From contig JBJCIZ010000078.1 in assembly GCA_051294375.1 (NCBI GenBank), forward strand, positions 1 to 6,925: a stretch of 6,925 nt of DNA, given 5' to 3'. Made by a program: the position numbers and the translations under genes. This document shows positions 5,180-6,925 of this stretch, piece after piece. Position 1 is the first letter of the stretch. Each line of letters opens with the position of its first letter. The notes under the pieces are model-generated. The model was given only the letters and a program-made list of their open reading frames with translations, had not been told where the DNA came from and ran no database searches. The stretch comes from Paraspadella gotoi. Its lineage: Eukaryota > Animalia > Chaetognatha.

Positions 5180-6925
5180 CTAAAAGAAAATCTCCGTAAT
5201 CTTTATAATAACGGCCAATAAATGTATGTTTTCCAAGAATAAACTCTCCAAGACGCAGGAAAGACACTGCTTCACGCTTCGCTTCGCAGTTTCCAGCGAC
5301 TTTTTTTGGTTCTGTATGTCAAATCTTGACGTTCTCAAAAGTGTATGACATCCTATGTACACGAAATAGCATCTTGAAGTGATAAGGCTTTTTTCTGTTT
5401 CGACAAATTCAATTGGTCTTTTACTATTTATTAACGTCAAATTATTTGGCAATTTTACACAGAATTGAGATGCGGATTGCAGGTGTTTAAGAATCTCTTG
5501 GTTGTGCAAAAAGGATTTTTGCTTTGGAGGGACTTTCATCTCTGATTTAATTCTTGCAACTAGATAATGCATGAAAGATTTTAGGAACAAACCATCGATA
5601 TCTTCTTGAAGAGAACTTACATCGCTCAGTAGCATTTCTGCATTTTCCAAAGCCTTATCATAATTCCCATATCTTCTAATGTTATCAGCAATCATAGCTC
5701 TTGTAATTGTAACATTATTTTTGGTTCCTACTTTCAAAGAAATTCGTAAAAACCCTTCCAAAATACCATCATACAGCTCATGTTCATGGTTTAAAAACCA
5801 AGACAAATGATGAATTAAAATAGGTGACATATTTTTCCAAACAGAAAAGGCCTCATCGCATTTTTCGCTGATAATCCATTGGAAAAATGAATGACATTGA
5901 TTCTTTATCTGGAACAATATATGAACTTTGTTAGCTGACCCATTTTTTTTATTATAGCCTTGTAATAGACTTAATATGTGAGTTAAAGTCTCATCAACAA
6001 TTATTTTTCGGATAGATAATAGTTCAGATGAGTCAGTCTCTGCTTCTATACATTCCTTGACGTACCAATGAATATACAAAGTATTGTTCCTGTGATCTTT
6101 TCTCAATATACCTGATTTTTTTAATTCTTCAAGGTAAGTCAATTTATTTCTTGATTCAACGCCAAGTCGCTTTAAAATGTTTGAAAATAATTGGTCGTCT
6201 TCTGAATAGCAGGCAATCTGGCTTAAATAAATTAATATTTTACTTTTTTCAGCTGAAACATTTAAAAAACTTTCTGGTAGTTGACCTTGAAAATGTAATA
6301 CCTGTTCCATTATCTCATTTTGACTTGTTAAAACTAACTTAGTTCTATTATCGTAAGCCCCTAATATTTCTTGAAAATAATCAACATATTCTCTTGTTCC
6401 ATTTTTCAATATTATAAAGAGCCCAGTATGACTCTCAGAGCATTTATTTATACAATCCTTTATTAAAGAATTATATGCTTCCAGTGAATTTGGAATTGGT
6501 TGTTGAAAAAACCGAAGCAAGGCATTCTTGAAATCAATTACTGAATGAATTTTCGTCAAGTCAAAGAAAACAGTAAGATAACCGTCTTGTCTAAATAGGT
6601 GACCCAGTTTGAATGCTGTCAATGTTTTGTGACTTCCATGCCCGCCCCAAAAATTTAAAATTCTATTTCTTTCCAATAAACTTTTGGCTTCATTCACTAT
6701 TTCAGCAGCTACCCCTGAAGATAGTTCTGTGAAGTAAAACCCAAACCGTTGCTCGGCTTCAATGAGCTGCTCAATGCTTTTAACTGATTGTATTATTGTT
6801 TGCTTGATCTCTCGTAGTTGGGGCCGCATTTCCCAATCTTTTGCCAATGTGCGAAATATAATATCATTTAATAAATTTGGCCAAATATTTTCGCATGGAA
6901 TTTCTTTTTCTATGCTTTCTTTAAT
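5180..6925 (-). CDS. 5'-truncated NLR/STAND-like protein, N-terminal part: kinase C-terminal tail + degenerate NB-ARC-like NTPase + winged helix + TPR-like helices
   Basis: The frame of the 555-aa ORF stays open for 26 more codons to the window edge (IKESIEKEIPCENIWPNLLNDIIFRT-LAKDWEMRPQLREIKQ), so the TTG at 6847 is not the real start. Motifs: P-loop RILNFWGGHGSHKTLTAFKLGH, strand YLTVFFDL, Walker-B-like LFIILKNG, sensor-1-like KLVLTSQ, winged helix LEELKKSGIL...LYIHWYVKE, TPR-like RAMIADNIRRYGNYDKALENAEMLL. 581 stop-free codons in very AT-rich DNA. Confidence 0.85.
   Translation of the reverse strand: MKESIEKEIPCENIWPNLLNDIIFRTLAKDWEMRPQLREIKQTIIQSVKSIEQLIEAEQRFGFYFTELSSGVAAEIVNEAKSLLERNRILNFWGGHGSHKTLTAFKLGHLFRQDGYLTVFFDLTKIHSVIDFKNALLRFFQQPIPNSLEAYNSLIKDCINKCSESHTGLFIILKNGTREYVDYFQEILGAYDNRTKLVLTSQNEIMEQVLHFQGQLPESFLNVSAEKSKILIYLSQIACYSEDDQLFSNILKRLGVESRNKLTYLEELKKSGILRKDHRNNTLYIHWYVKECIEAETDSSELLSIRKIIVDETLTHILSLLQGYNKKNGSANKVHILFQIKNQCHSFFQWIISEKCDEAFSVWKNMSPILIHHLSWFLNHEHELYDGILEGFLRISLKVGTKNNVTITRAMIADNIRRYGNYDKALENAEMLLSDVSSLQEDIDGLFLKSFMHYLVARIKSEMKVPPKQKSFLHNQEILKHLQSASQFCVKLPNNLTLINSKRPIEFVETEKSLITSRCYFVYIGCHTLLRTSRFDIQNQKKSLETAKRSVKQCLSCVLESLFLENIHLLAVIIKITEIFF
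6065..6664 (-). other. Degenerate STAND (NB-ARC/AP-ATPase-like) NTPase module plus winged-helix domain
   Basis: Walker A GGHGSHKT (6646-6623), Walker B LFIILKN (6421-6401), sensor-1 LVLTSQ (6337-6320) and MHD-equivalent IHW (6073-6065) occur in the order expected for NB-ARC-type domains. Confidence 0.7.
6793..6925 (-). other. C-terminal end (subdomains X-XI) of a protein kinase-like domain
   Basis: IPCENIWPNLLNDIIFRTLAKDWEMRPQLREIKQTI resembles the kinase alphaH-alphaI pattern P..l.dli..cl..Dp..RP...ei, including the conserved subdomain XI Arg. The catalytic motifs would lie outside the window. Confidence 0.65.

Noticed and set aside
5180-5182. Ciliate-type code (TAA/TAG = Gln) explaining the in-frame TAG
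   Set aside because: The preceding 581 codons contain no TAA or TAG, Gln is encoded by CAA/CAG, and the gene ends with TAA. This fits the standard code.
5300-5306. A_AAA_AAG slippery heptamer in phase for -1 ribosomal frameshifting
   Set aside because: A -1 shift enters the alternative frame but stops at TGA 5177-5175 without reaching the CCCH segment. A-runs are common here, and the zero-frame SLETAKRSVKQCL looks like a genuine helix.
6151-6342. 63-aa + strand ORF
   Set aside because: Antisense shadow within the long minus-strand CDS.
5180-6925. Prokaryotic Avs/STAND antiphage system
   Set aside because: No operon structure or neighbouring genes. The flanks are microsatellite- and transposon-rich, and the CCCH finger points to a eukaryote.

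Overview
AT-rich window that looks eukaryotic (probably invertebrate, by inference). Bases 1-~4600 are non-coding and repeat-dense: (GA/CT)n and GTCY microsatellites, an 18-bp and a 22-bp minisatellite, degenerate ~160-bp duplications, a ~320-bp foldback, and probably two or three abutting non-autonomous Helentron/DINE-1 (HINE)-like elements. Bases 4682-6925 hold the 3' part of one minus-strand gene whose frame stays open past the right window edge. Its translation reads: tail of a protein-kinase domain, a degenerate STAND/NB-ARC-like P-loop NTPase, a winged helix, TPR-like helices and a C-terminal CCCH zinc finger. The 555-aa and 157-aa ORFs are in the same frame, separated by a single TAG at 5180-5182. 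The best candidate for a new system is this kinase-pseudoNTPase-TPR-CCCH NLR-like protein. All domain calls are by-eye motif recognition; no searches were run. Frequent small indels in the repeats suggest old decay or noisy long-read sequence.
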